A DNA stretch of 64,000 nt from an uncultured Candidatus Rokubacteria bacterium (lineage in GTDB: Bacteria > Methylomirabilota > Methylomirabilia > Rokubacteriales > CSP1-6), in assembly GCA_963827505.1 (NCBI GenBank), contig CAWHBD010000001.1, forward strand, positions 2,731,006 to 2,795,005, written 5' to 3'. Below, in pieces: positions 8,794 to 18,670 of the stretch. Each line of letters opens with the position of its first letter. The first letter of the stretch is position 1. Both the position numbers and the translations under genes were made by a program. The notes under the pieces were generated by a model that had not been told where the DNA came from, did no database searches, and was given only the letters and a program-made list of their open reading frames with translations.

Positions 8794-8823
8794 ATTCTAC
8801 CGGCGCCGCTTCCGACTTGTCAA
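8794..8823 (-). promoter_or_regulatory. Sigma-70-type promoter of the perR-rbr operon
   Basis: TTGACA-N18-TAGAAT on the minus strand. Confidence 0.7.
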
Positions 8824-8833
8824 TGCACGGGCG

Positions 8834-9118
8834 TCAGGCGCGCAGGCGGGTGCGGGCGGCGGCGAAGTCGATGATCCGGGCCGGGCCGACCGAGGTCGGG
8901 GCTGGCCCGAGGATGAGGTTGGCGCGCTGCTCCAGGAACGTTTGGTCGGTGTCGATCGGGGCGCGCCCGAAGCGGCGCACGGCTCGCGCGACCTCGAGGG
9001 CGGTGAGGCGCAGGCGCCACCAGAAGGCGACCAGGCGCTGGCGCGGCGTGAGCCGGAACGCGCGACGGGTGGGCGGCTCGGCCGGCGGTGCCGGAGGGGT
9101 CAGGTAGTAAACATTCAT
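8834..9118 (-). CDS. Hypothetical protein (94 aa)
   Basis: GAAGGAG RBS, ATGA overlap with the upstream ORF, C-terminal ARIIDFAAAR. Confidence 0.6.
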   Translation of the reverse strand: MNVYYLTPPAPPAEPPTRRAFRLTPRQRLVAFWWRLRLTALEVARAVRRFGRAPIDTDQTFLEQRANLILGPAPTSVGPARIIDFAAARTRLRA

Positions 9119-9513
9119 CGCAGTCCTCGCTCCTTCATCAACGCCGACATCCGCTCCCAGGCTCCGCTCAGGACATCGTCCAGCGCGGCCTCGGCCCGAT
9201 GAGCGGCGATCGTGGCCGACACCCGGTCCCGCGTCGAGACCGCCTGCTCGGCCCGGCGACGGGCCCCGGCTGCTGCCGCGCCCAGCGTGTGCTGCGCCTG
9301 GGCCAACGCGGCGAGCACCGATTGCGCGCTGTCGAGCTGGGGGGCCAGCGCCTCCGGCCGGGCGGCCGGCTCGGCCAGTGCCAGGGTGGGCCGAGTGGGC
9401 GGCGCCGTGATCGAAGTCGCCAGCACGACCCCGGGGCGCCACAGCGCCACGGAGGGCGAGATCTCTATGCCGCGACGGGCGAGGTCGAGCGACCGGTGAC
9501 GCGGGGTCTTCAT
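9115..9513 (-). CDS. Hypothetical Ala-rich, probably helical protein (132 aa)
   Basis: ATG just downstream of a sigma-54 promoter; translationally coupled to the next ORF. Confidence 0.55.
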   Translation of the reverse strand: MKTPRHRSLDLARRGIEISPSVALWRPGVVLATSITAPPTRPTLALAEPAARPEALAPQLDSAQSVLAALAQAQHTLGAAAAGARRRAEQAVSTRDRVSATIAAHRAEAALDDVLSGAWERMSALMKERGLR

Positions 9514-9528
9514 GGTAAAGCAGTCATG

Positions 9529-9543
9529 GCAACGAGAGTGCCA
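9529..9543 (-). promoter_or_regulatory. Sigma-54 (-24/-12) promoter
   Basis: TGGCAC-TCTCG-TTGC matches the TGGCAC-N5-TTGC consensus. Confidence 0.8.
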
Positions 9544-9606
9544 CGCCAGCGCTGCGCCAAGCCCGCGGAATTATGAGACTTGGTGGATCGGCAACTTAAC
9601 TAGAAT

Positions 9607-9642
9607 GGGAGGATCTCCCTGGTGGTCCCGGGAGAACCTCCC
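9607..9642. repeat. 13-bp inverted repeat (terminator or upstream activator site)
   Basis: GGGAGGATCTCCC-N10-GGGAGAACCTCCC, immediately after the activator stop codon. Confidence 0.55.
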
Positions 9643-9644
9643 TG

Positions 9645-11033
<1,389 letters not shown>

Positions 11034-11087
11034 CTGGCGTGATGATAGCACTTCCAGTAGACTCCCCATCTCAGGAGGACCGGCTGA

Positions 11088-13860
11088 ATGCCCCAGCCCC
11101 GGGGGCTCCGGATCGAGGGAGCCCGCCAGAACAACCTCAAGAACGTCTCCCTCGAGATTCCTCACGACCGGCTCACCGTCGTCACCGGCGTCTCCGGCTC
11201 CGGCAAGTCGTCGCTGGCCTTCGACACGCTCTTCGCGGAAGGGCAGTGGCGGTACATCGAGTCGCTGTCCACGTACGCGCGCATGTTCCTCGATCGCGTC
11301 GACCGGCCCGACGTCGACCGCGTCGAGAACATCCGGCCGGCCGTCGCCCTCGAGCAGAAGAACCCCGTGCGCACGGCGCGCTCGACCGTCGGCACCGCCA
11401 CCGAGGTCTACGACTACCTGCGGCTGCTCTACGCCAAGATCGGCCGCGTGCACTGCCCGCAGTGCGGCAGCCCGGCCGCCTCCCACTCGCCGGAGTCCAT
11501 CGCCGACACCCTGCTGTCCGAGCACGCCGGCGCCCGCGCGCTCGTCACCTTCGCGCTGCCGGTACCGGCCGGCCAGTCTCCCGCCGAGCTCTGGGCCGGG
11601 CTCACGCGCCGGGGCTTCGCACGTGTCCTCGTGAACGACGTTGCCTGCGACCTGGCGGCGCCGCCGCCGGCCTCGGTCGAGAGCCCGGTGGCGGTGGTGC
11701 TCGACCGGCTCGTGCTGGAGCCGGCCCACCGGGCCCGGCTCGTGGAATCGATCGAGGCGGCGCTGCGCGAGGGCGGCGGCCAGCTCGCGGTGGAGTTCAT
11801 CGGTGGCAGCCGCCGCGCGTTCGCCGAGGCCTTCCGCTGCGCCGGCTGCGGCACCGCGCTGGAGCGGCCTCAGCCGATGCTCTTCTCGTTCAACCACCCG
11901 CTCGGCGCCTGCGCCGAGTGCAAGGGGTTCGGCAACATCCTCAAGTACGACGAGGGACTCGTGGTGCCCGATCGCACCCTGAGCCTCGCGGGTGGGGCCG
12001 TGGAGCCGTGGACGCACCCCTCCGGTCGCTGGTACCAGCGCGAACTGCTCAAGGCGGCCAAGCGCTCGGGGGTCGATCCCACCCGCGCCTGGGACGACCT
12101 CGGCGAGACGGAGCGGGCCTTCGTGTACGAGGGCGCCGGCACGTTCCCCGGCATCAAGGGCTTCTTCGAGGAGATCGAGTCGTACCGGTACAAGCTGCAC
12201 GTGCGCGTCTTCCTCTCGCGCTACCGCAGTCAGTCCCCGTGCCCGGTGTGCCGGGGCGCCCGGTTGAAGCCACCGGCCCTGGCGGTGCGGGTCGCCGAGC
12301 GGACCATCGCCGAGTTCACCGGGCTCACCATCGAGGAGGCGGCCGCGGTGCTGGGCGACCTCAAGCTCACCGCCTGGGAGGCCGCCGTTGGCCGCGAGAT
12401 CATCCGCCAGCTGGGCGCCAAGCTCACGTTCCTGCTGCGAGTGGGGCTCGGCTACCTCACGCTGGCCCGGCAGACGCGGACGCTATCGGGTGGCGAGGCC
12501 CAGCGGATCAACCTGGCCAACCAGCTCGGCTCCCAGCTCGTCGGCACCCTCTACGTGCTCGACGAGCCGTCGATCGGCCTGCACGCGCGCGACACCATGC
12601 GGCTGGCCGACCTCTGTCGCGAGCTGGCCCAGGCCGGCAACACCGTCGTCGTGGTCGAGCACGACCGCGGATTCATCGAGGCGGCCGACCACGTCGTCGA
12701 GCTCGGCCCCGGCTCGGGCGAGCGCGGCGGCGAGATCGTCTTCGCGGGCCCCCAGGCCGAGTTCCGGAAGTCGACGCGCTCGCTGACCGCCCGCTACCTG
12801 TCGGGGCGGGAGAGCATCGCGGTGCCCGCTCGTGCGGCGGCCCGGCCGCCGCCAGCTCACTCTCACCGGCGCTCGCGAGCACAATCTCAAGGACGTCACG
12901 GTGCGGATCCCGTTGGGCACCCTCACGGTCGTCACCGGGGTGTCCGGCTCCGGCAAGTCCACGCTCATCCACGACACGCTCTACCGGGCGGTGGCCCGCG
13001 CCTTCAAGACCGAGTTCCAGTCGCCCGGCGTCTACGACGCGCTGGCCGGGCTCGAGTACCTCAAGGGCATCCGGCTGATCGACCAGGAACCGATCGGGCG
13101 CACGCCGCGCTCCAACCCGGTCACCTACGTGAAGGCCTTCGACGAGATCCGCAAGCTCTTCGCCGCCCTGCCCCGGTCCAAGGCCCTCGGCCTCGGCGCC
13201 GGCGCCTTCTCGTTCAACGTGCCGGGCGGCCGCTGCGAGTCGTGCCAGGGCGACGGCTTCCAGAAGCTCGAGATGTACTTCTTCGAGGACGTGTACGTCT
13301 CCTGCCAGGAGTGCGAGGGGCGTCGCTACCGGCCCGAGGTGCTGGGCGTGAGGTATCGCGGACGCTCGATCGGCGACGTGCTCCGCATGACGGTGGACGA
13401 GGCCGTCGATTTCTTCGCCGGCCAGCTCACGCTGGCCCGCCGGCTGCGCGTGATGCAGGACGTCGGCCTCGGCTACCTGCGCCTGGGCCAGCCGGCCACG
13501 ACGCTGTCGGGGGGCGAGGCGCAGCGGCTGAAGATCGCCGCCGAGCTGGGCGGGCGCGCCACCGGCGACGTCCTCTACGTGCTCGACGAGCCGACCACCG
13601 GCCTGCACCTCGACGACGTCAAGAAGCTGCTCGGCGTCCTCAACCGGCTCGTGGATGCCGGCAACACGGTGCTGGTGGTCGAGCACCATCTGGACGTCGT
13701 GAAGTGCGCCGACCACGTGATCGACCTCGGCCCCGAGGGTGGCGAGGCGGGCGGCGAGATCGTCGCCGAGGGATCGCCCGAGCAGATCGTGCAGACGCCA
13801 GGCTCCTACACGGGGAAGTTCCTGGCGGAGGTGCTGCCGAAGGTCAACGGCAAGCGATAG
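11088..13860 (+). CDS. uvrA: UvrA-family excinuclease ATPase paralog, with one frameshift near 12830
   Basis: Two ABC modules ([27 protein letters not shown]; [27 protein letters not shown]) and zinc fingers. The second half is in another frame from about 12832. Confidence 0.88.
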
Positions 13861-15083
13861 TGACCGTCTTCCACGGCTGGAAGGTCGTCACCGCGGCCTT
13901 CGTCATCCTGTTCACCGCCTACGGCGCCCAGTACTCGTTCGGAGTCTTCTTCAACGCGCTGCTACAGGAGTTCCACTGGAGCCGGGCCAGCCTCTCGGGC
14001 ATCTTCTCGCTCTACGCGTTCGGCTACTCCGTGGCCGGCTTCCCGGCCGGGCGGCTGACCGACGCCTGGGGACCGGGGCGAGTCATCGCGTGCGGGGCCC
14101 TGTTCCTCGGCGGCGCCCTGGCCGCCATGGCCGGGGTGACGGCGCTCTGGCAGCCCTACCTCCTCTACGGCGTGATTGCCGCCCTCGGGATGGGCACCGC
14201 CTACGTACCGTGCAACAGCACCGTGGTGAAGTGGTTCGTCCGCCGGCGGGGACTGGCCGTGGGGCTGGCCTCGAGCGGCGGCAGCGTCGGCACCTTCGTG
14301 CTGCCGCCGCTGGCCCAGGTCGCGGTGACCGGCCTGGGCTGGCGCGGCGCCTACCTGGTGCTGGGCGTGAGCGTGTTTACCGTGCTCGTGGCCACGGCGC
14401 CGGTCATGCGGCGTGATCCGGAGTCGATGGGCCTGCATCCTGACGGTGACGCGACCCCGCCGCCGGCCGTCCGCGCCGGCGGCCGTGGGTTCCGGCTCAG
14501 CGAAGCGATCCGCACCGGCACCTTCTGGCTGCTCACCGCGGTATTCGCCGCGACGTGGATCCCCGTGTTCATCCCCCTCGTGCACCTGGTGCCGCTCGCC
14601 CGCGATCTCGGTCACTCGCCCCTCGTGGCCGCGGCCGCCGTCAGCGTGCTGGGCGGCGGGGCCGTGCTGGGTCGTCTGATCATGGGCCCGACGTCGGACC
14701 GTCTCGGCCGCCGGCCCACGCTCGCGCTCGGCATGGTGCTGCAGGCGGGGGCATTCACCGCCTTCACGGTCGCCCGCGAGCTGCCCTCGCTGTACGCGGC
14801 CGCGCTCCTGTTCGGCTTCTCGTACGGGACGATCTCGACGCAGTTCCCGGCCATCGTCGGTGACTTCTTCGGCCGCACCCACGCCGGCTCGATCGTGGGC
14901 AGCCTGTTCGCGCTGGCCGGCTGCATGGCCGCCTGGGGCCCGCTCCTGGCCGGTGCCATCTACGACGCCACCGGCAGCTACCGGCCCGCCTTCCTGCTCG
15001 CGGCCGGGTTGAACCTCGTGGCTGTCGGCCTGCTCACCGCCTGCCGTCCGCCCCGTCGGGCGCTCACCGCAGCGCCGGCCTGA
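13860..15083 (+). CDS. MFS transporter (OFA/MCT-like)
   Basis: About 12 TM helices, GRLTDAWGP and SDRLGRR motif A copies. GTG start overlaps the uvrA TAG. Confidence 0.88.
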   Translation: MTVFHGWKVVTAAFVILFTAYGAQYSFGVFFNALLQEFHWSRASLSGIFSLYAFGYSVAGFPAGRLTDAWGPGRVIACGALFLGGALAAMAGVTALWQPYLLYGVIAALGMGTAYVPCNSTVVKWFVRRRGLAVGLASSGGSVGTFVLPPLAQVAVTGLGWRGAYLVLGVSVFTVLVATAPVMRRDPESMGLHPDGDATPPPAVRAGGRGFRLSEAIRTGTFWLLTAVFAATWIPVFIPLVHLVPLARDLGHSPLVAAAAVSVLGGGAVLGRLIMGPTSDRLGRRPTLALGMVLQAGAFTAFTVARELPSLYAAALLFGFSYGTISTQFPAIVGDFFGRTHAGSIVGSLFALAGCMAAWGPLLAGAIYDATGSYRPAFLLAAGLNLVAVGLLTACRPPRRALTAAPA

Positions 15084-15132
15084 GCGACCGCGCTATACTC
15101 CGGCGGGCAATCACGGCAGCCGGGGAGCGTCG

Positions 15133-16347
15133 ATGAGTCTTCGTGACAAGTACTGCATCGTGGGCGTGGGCGAGACCGAGTACTCGCGCGGGTCGGGCCG
15201 CTCGACCCGCGCCATGGCGGTCGAGGCGGTCCGCAAGGCCATTCTCGACGCCGGGCTCAAGGCCAGCGACGTGGACGGCATGCTGGACTACCAGTCGGGT
15301 GACTCCACGCTGGCACCCCACGTGGCGCCCGACCTGGGCATCCGCCTCAACTTCTACATGGACGTGGTCGGCGGCGGCTCGTCGACCGAGGCGCTCGTCG
15401 GCCTGGCCATCGGCGCCATCGAGGCCGGCATGTGCAAGACGGTGGCGATCTACCGTTCCATGAACGGCTACTCGGAGTTCCGCATCGGCGGCACCGGCGC
15501 CCGCGCCGCCCAGCCGGTGCGGGGGCTCGACCTGGCCCAGGTGCCGTTCGGCATGCGCAGCGCCGGCCAGAACTTCGCGCTCACGTTCATGCGCCACATG
15601 TACGACTACGGCACGACCTCCGAGCAGGTTGCCCATGTCAAGGTCGCCCACAGCAAGCACGCCTCCCAGAATCCCAAGGCGCTGCTCAAGGACCGGGTGA
15701 CCGTGCAAGACGTCGTCAACTCGCGCTGGATCGTCAAGCCGCTGCACCTGCTCGACTGCTGCCTGGAGACCGACAACGCGACCTGCATTATCGTGACCTC
15801 GGCCGAGCGGGCCCGCAACATGCGCCAGCGGCCGATCCACATCCTCGGCGTGGTCGGACGCGTGTCCAAGCCCCGGCTCGACTTCCACTGGGCCCACGGG
15901 CCCATCAGTCGCGTGGCCGGCTACTACGCCAAGGACCTCATCTTCCCGCAGGCCGGCATCTCGCCCGAGGACGTCAGCGTCACCGGCTCCTACGACGCCT
16001 TCACGTTCACCACGATGCTGCAGCTCGAGGAGTACGGCTTCTGCAAGAAGGGCGAGGGCGGCCAGTACGTCTCCAGCGGGGCCATCGAGCTGGGCGGCAA
16101 GCGCCCCAACAATACCTCGGGGGGCCACCTGTGCGAGGGGTACACCCACGGCATGTCGATGGTGATCGAGAACGTCCGCCAGTTGCGCGGCACCGTCGAC
16201 GACTACTGCCCCAAGGGCACCGAGGGTGTGCACACCTACGACTACTCGCCGGGCCGGTGCCGGCAGGTGAAGGACGCGACCATCACGATGAACCTCGGGT
16301 GGGCCATGCCGCCGCTCGGCAGCGCCCTCATCATGCGGAGGGCCTGA
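15133..16347 (+). CDS. SCP2-type thiolase-fold protein (Ltp2-like)
   Basis: IVGVGET, GGGSS at the usual catalytic Cys position, CCLETD, YDAFT, NTSGGHLCEGYTHG. Confidence 0.85.
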   Translation: MSLRDKYCIVGVGETEYSRGSGRSTRAMAVEAVRKAILDAGLKASDVDGMLDYQSGDSTLAPHVAPDLGIRLNFYMDVVGGGSSTEALVGLAIGAIEAGMCKTVAIYRSMNGYSEFRIGGTGARAAQPVRGLDLAQVPFGMRSAGQNFALTFMRHMYDYGTTSEQVAHVKVAHSKHASQNPKALLKDRVTVQDVVNSRWIVKPLHLLDCCLETDNATCIIVTSAERARNMRQRPIHILGVVGRVSKPRLDFHWAHGPISRVAGYYAKDLIFPQAGISPEDVSVTGSYDAFTFTTMLQLEEYGFCKKGEGGQYVSSGAIELGGKRPNNTSGGHLCEGYTHGMSMVIENVRQLRGTVDDYCPKGTEGVHTYDYSPGRCRQVKDATITMNLGWAMPPLGSALIMRRA

Positions 16348-16349
16348 GC

Positions 16350-16856
16350 ATGCCGCAGCCGGTGACCTATCGGGGAATGTCGTTCGTCATTCCCGACAAC
16401 GACAGCGAGTGGAACGAGTACTTCGGCCACGCGCGGCAGCACAAGCTCATGGTGCGCGCGTGCACGGCGTGCGGCCTCATGCGCTATCCGCCCACCCATG
16501 CCTGCCCATGGTGCATGGATCTGGGCTGGCGCTGGCAGGAGCTGAGCGGCAAGGGCACGATCCACTCCTACGAGATCGTCATGCACGCCATCCAGCCGGG
16601 CTTCAAGGAGATCACGCCCTACGCGGTCGTGCTGGTCGAGCTCGACGAGCAGCGCGGCAAACCGACGCCCGACGAGGCGCTGCGGATCATCGGCAACCTC
16701 GTGAAGGCGGACTTCTCGCCGGAGGACGAGGCCAAGGTGGCGATCGGGGCCCGGGTTCGCGTCACCTTTCAGGATCTCGCCGACCACTTCGCGCTGCCGC
16801 AGTTCACGCTGACCGACGAAGCGCCGGTCGGCCGCGTCTGGCGATTGGGCGGCTAG
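16350..16856 (+). CDS. DUF35 Zn-ribbon/OB-fold partner protein
   Basis: CTACG...CPWC, SGKGTIHSY, PYAVVLVELDE; adjacent to the thiolase. Confidence 0.88.
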   Translation: MPQPVTYRGMSFVIPDNDSEWNEYFGHARQHKLMVRACTACGLMRYPPTHACPWCMDLGWRWQELSGKGTIHSYEIVMHAIQPGFKEITPYAVVLVELDEQRGKPTPDEALRIIGNLVKADFSPEDEAKVAIGARVRVTFQDLADHFALPQFTLTDEAPVGRVWRLGG

Positions 16857-16891
16857 CCCGGCCGGCTCGGCGGCGGCAGCGATCCGATGAT

Positions 16892-18655
16892 CTAGTCGGG
16901 CCGGCGCTCCGCCTCGGGCTCGCTGAGCGGCCGGCCCGACGCCAGCGCCGAGATCTGTCGCGTGCGCGCCGCCCCCAGCGCCTCCGTGGTCGGCTCCAGC
17001 AGCAGACCGTAGAGATGCTCGGCGGCCAGCACCGGGGGGATGAGCACGTAGTCCGCCCCCTCGGCGTAGAGGCGCTCGGCCGACGCCCGGGTGTCGGCGG
17101 TGACGATCGCCCGCGCGCCCGGCACTAGCTGGCGGACCTGACGGAGCAGGCGCAGGTTGTCGGTTCCCTGCAGGAACCAGTCGGAAATGCTCGAGACGAC
17201 GACCTGCGCGTGCTCGATCCCGGCATGGCGCAGCGTGTCCGGGTTGCTGACGTCGCCGTAGTGGCATTCGACGCCGTCGGCCTGCAGCTGCTCCAGCGTC
17301 TCCGGGTTGAAGTCGAGCGCCACGATCCGCCGCTTCATGGCTGGATGCTCGCGCTCCAGGTGGCGCAGGAAGGCCAGCCCCTCGCGCGAGATGCCCAGGA
17401 AGAAGATGTCGTGCGGGTCGGCCGACGTTCGCTCTGTCCCCGGCGCCGGGCGCCCACTCCCCAGCCAGCGCGGCACCCCGGTGGCCTCGAGCGCACGGGC
17501 CAGCGCGGTGGCGAGTGCGTGGTTCCACCGGATCGCGTAGGTCGAGACGACCGCGGTCACGAGCAGCGCGTAGAGCACCAGTGAGGCCAGGGGCTGGCTC
17601 ACGTGGCCGAGGGCCAGCCCCAGCGAGACGATCACCAGCGAGAATTCGCTGATCTGACCCAGGTTGACGGCCACCACCCCGGCCGTGCGTGTGTCGAGCC
17701 GCAGGAACGCGAAGATCGGCAGCATTGCGACCAGGCGGCTCAAGACGACGAACACGGCCACCACCGCCGCCACCAGCAGGAGCTGCCGTGACGGCGCCGG
17801 CACCTTGAGGCCCAGGGCGACGAAGAACAGCGTCACGAAGAAGTCGCGGATGCCCGACAGCCGGGTGACGACCTCGGTACCGTACGGGAAGGCGGCGATG
17901 ACCATCCCGGCAATCAGCGCGCCCATCTCGCGGGACAGGCCCAGCGCGCCGGCGGTGCCGCTCACCAGGAAGCACCACGCGATGGCGGTCACCAGCAGAA
18001 GCTCAGTCGAGCGGGAGACCGAGCGGAACAGGGCGGGCAGCACGTAGCGGGAGAGCACGCCGGCCGAGGCCACCAGCGCCACCCCGGCCGCCACCGAGCC
18101 CAGCAGCACGGCCGGCCGCAGCTCTTGCAGGCTGGGCTGCAGGGCCAGGAACCCGATGGCCCACAGGTCCTGGAAGACGAGGACGCCCAGCGTGATTCGC
18201 CCGGCCAGCGTGCCCATCTCGAACTTGTCGAACAGCAGCTTCACCACGATGAGCGTCGAGGACAGGCTGACGGCGACGGCCAGGTAGAGGCGGTCGAAGC
18301 GGCCGCCGGTGCCGGCCACCAAATGGCCGAACGCCCACCACGCGAGCGCCACACAGATCGGGAACTGCAGGAGGCCGCTGACCACGATGCTGCGGCCGGC
18401 CTGGGCCAGCGCGGGGATGTTGATCTCCAGACCGATGATGAAGAGCAGGAAGATCAGCCCCATCTCGGAGATCAGCTCGATGCTCGCCTCGTCGGCGATG
18501 AGCCCCAGCCCGACGTTCGGGCCCAGCGCGGCGCCGGCGAGGATGTAGCCGAGGATCAGCGGCTGGCGAATGGTGCGCGCGACGAGTGCGAAGGCGGCGG
18601 CGGCGACGATGCCGACGCCGATCGCCATGAGGACGTCCGGATGGGGCGCGGTCAT
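16892..18655 (-). CDS. CPA2 cation:proton antiporter with TrkA-N/KTN domain (Kef-like)
   Basis: QPLILGYILAG, GVLVFQDLW, QISEFSLV, C-terminal YGDVSNPDTL. Confidence 0.88.
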   Translation of the reverse strand: MTAPHPDVLMAIGVGIVAAAAFALVARTIRQPLILGYILAGAALGPNVGLGLIADEASIELISEMGLIFLLFIIGLEINIPALAQAGRSIVVSGLLQFPICVALAWWAFGHLVAGTGGRFDRLYLAVAVSLSSTLIVVKLLFDKFEMGTLAGRITLGVLVFQDLWAIGFLALQPSLQELRPAVLLGSVAAGVALVASAGVLSRYVLPALFRSVSRSTELLLVTAIAWCFLVSGTAGALGLSREMGALIAGMVIAAFPYGTEVVTRLSGIRDFFVTLFFVALGLKVPAPSRQLLLVAAVVAVFVVLSRLVAMLPIFAFLRLDTRTAGVVAVNLGQISEFSLVIVSLGLALGHVSQPLASLVLYALLVTAVVSTYAIRWNHALATALARALEATGVPRWLGSGRPAPGTERTSADPHDIFFLGISREGLAFLRHLEREHPAMKRRIVALDFNPETLEQLQADGVECHYGDVSNPDTLRHAGIEHAQVVVSSISDWFLQGTDNLRLLRQVRQLVPGARAIVTADTRASAERLYAEGADYVLIPPVLAAEHLYGLLLEPTTEALGAARTRQISALASGRPLSEPEAERRPD

Positions 18656-18670
18656 GACGACACCATAGCC

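Noticed and set aside
12820-12850. Programmed ribosomal frameshift in uvrA
   Set aside because: There is no slippery heptamer or stimulatory structure, and similar indels pepper other genes in the window.
11088-15083. 1331-aa ORF that looks like a UvrA-MFS fusion
   Set aside because: It is an artefact of the indel near 12830. The middle of that frame is nonsense, while the UvrA second half is intact in the neighbouring frame and the MFS has its own start.
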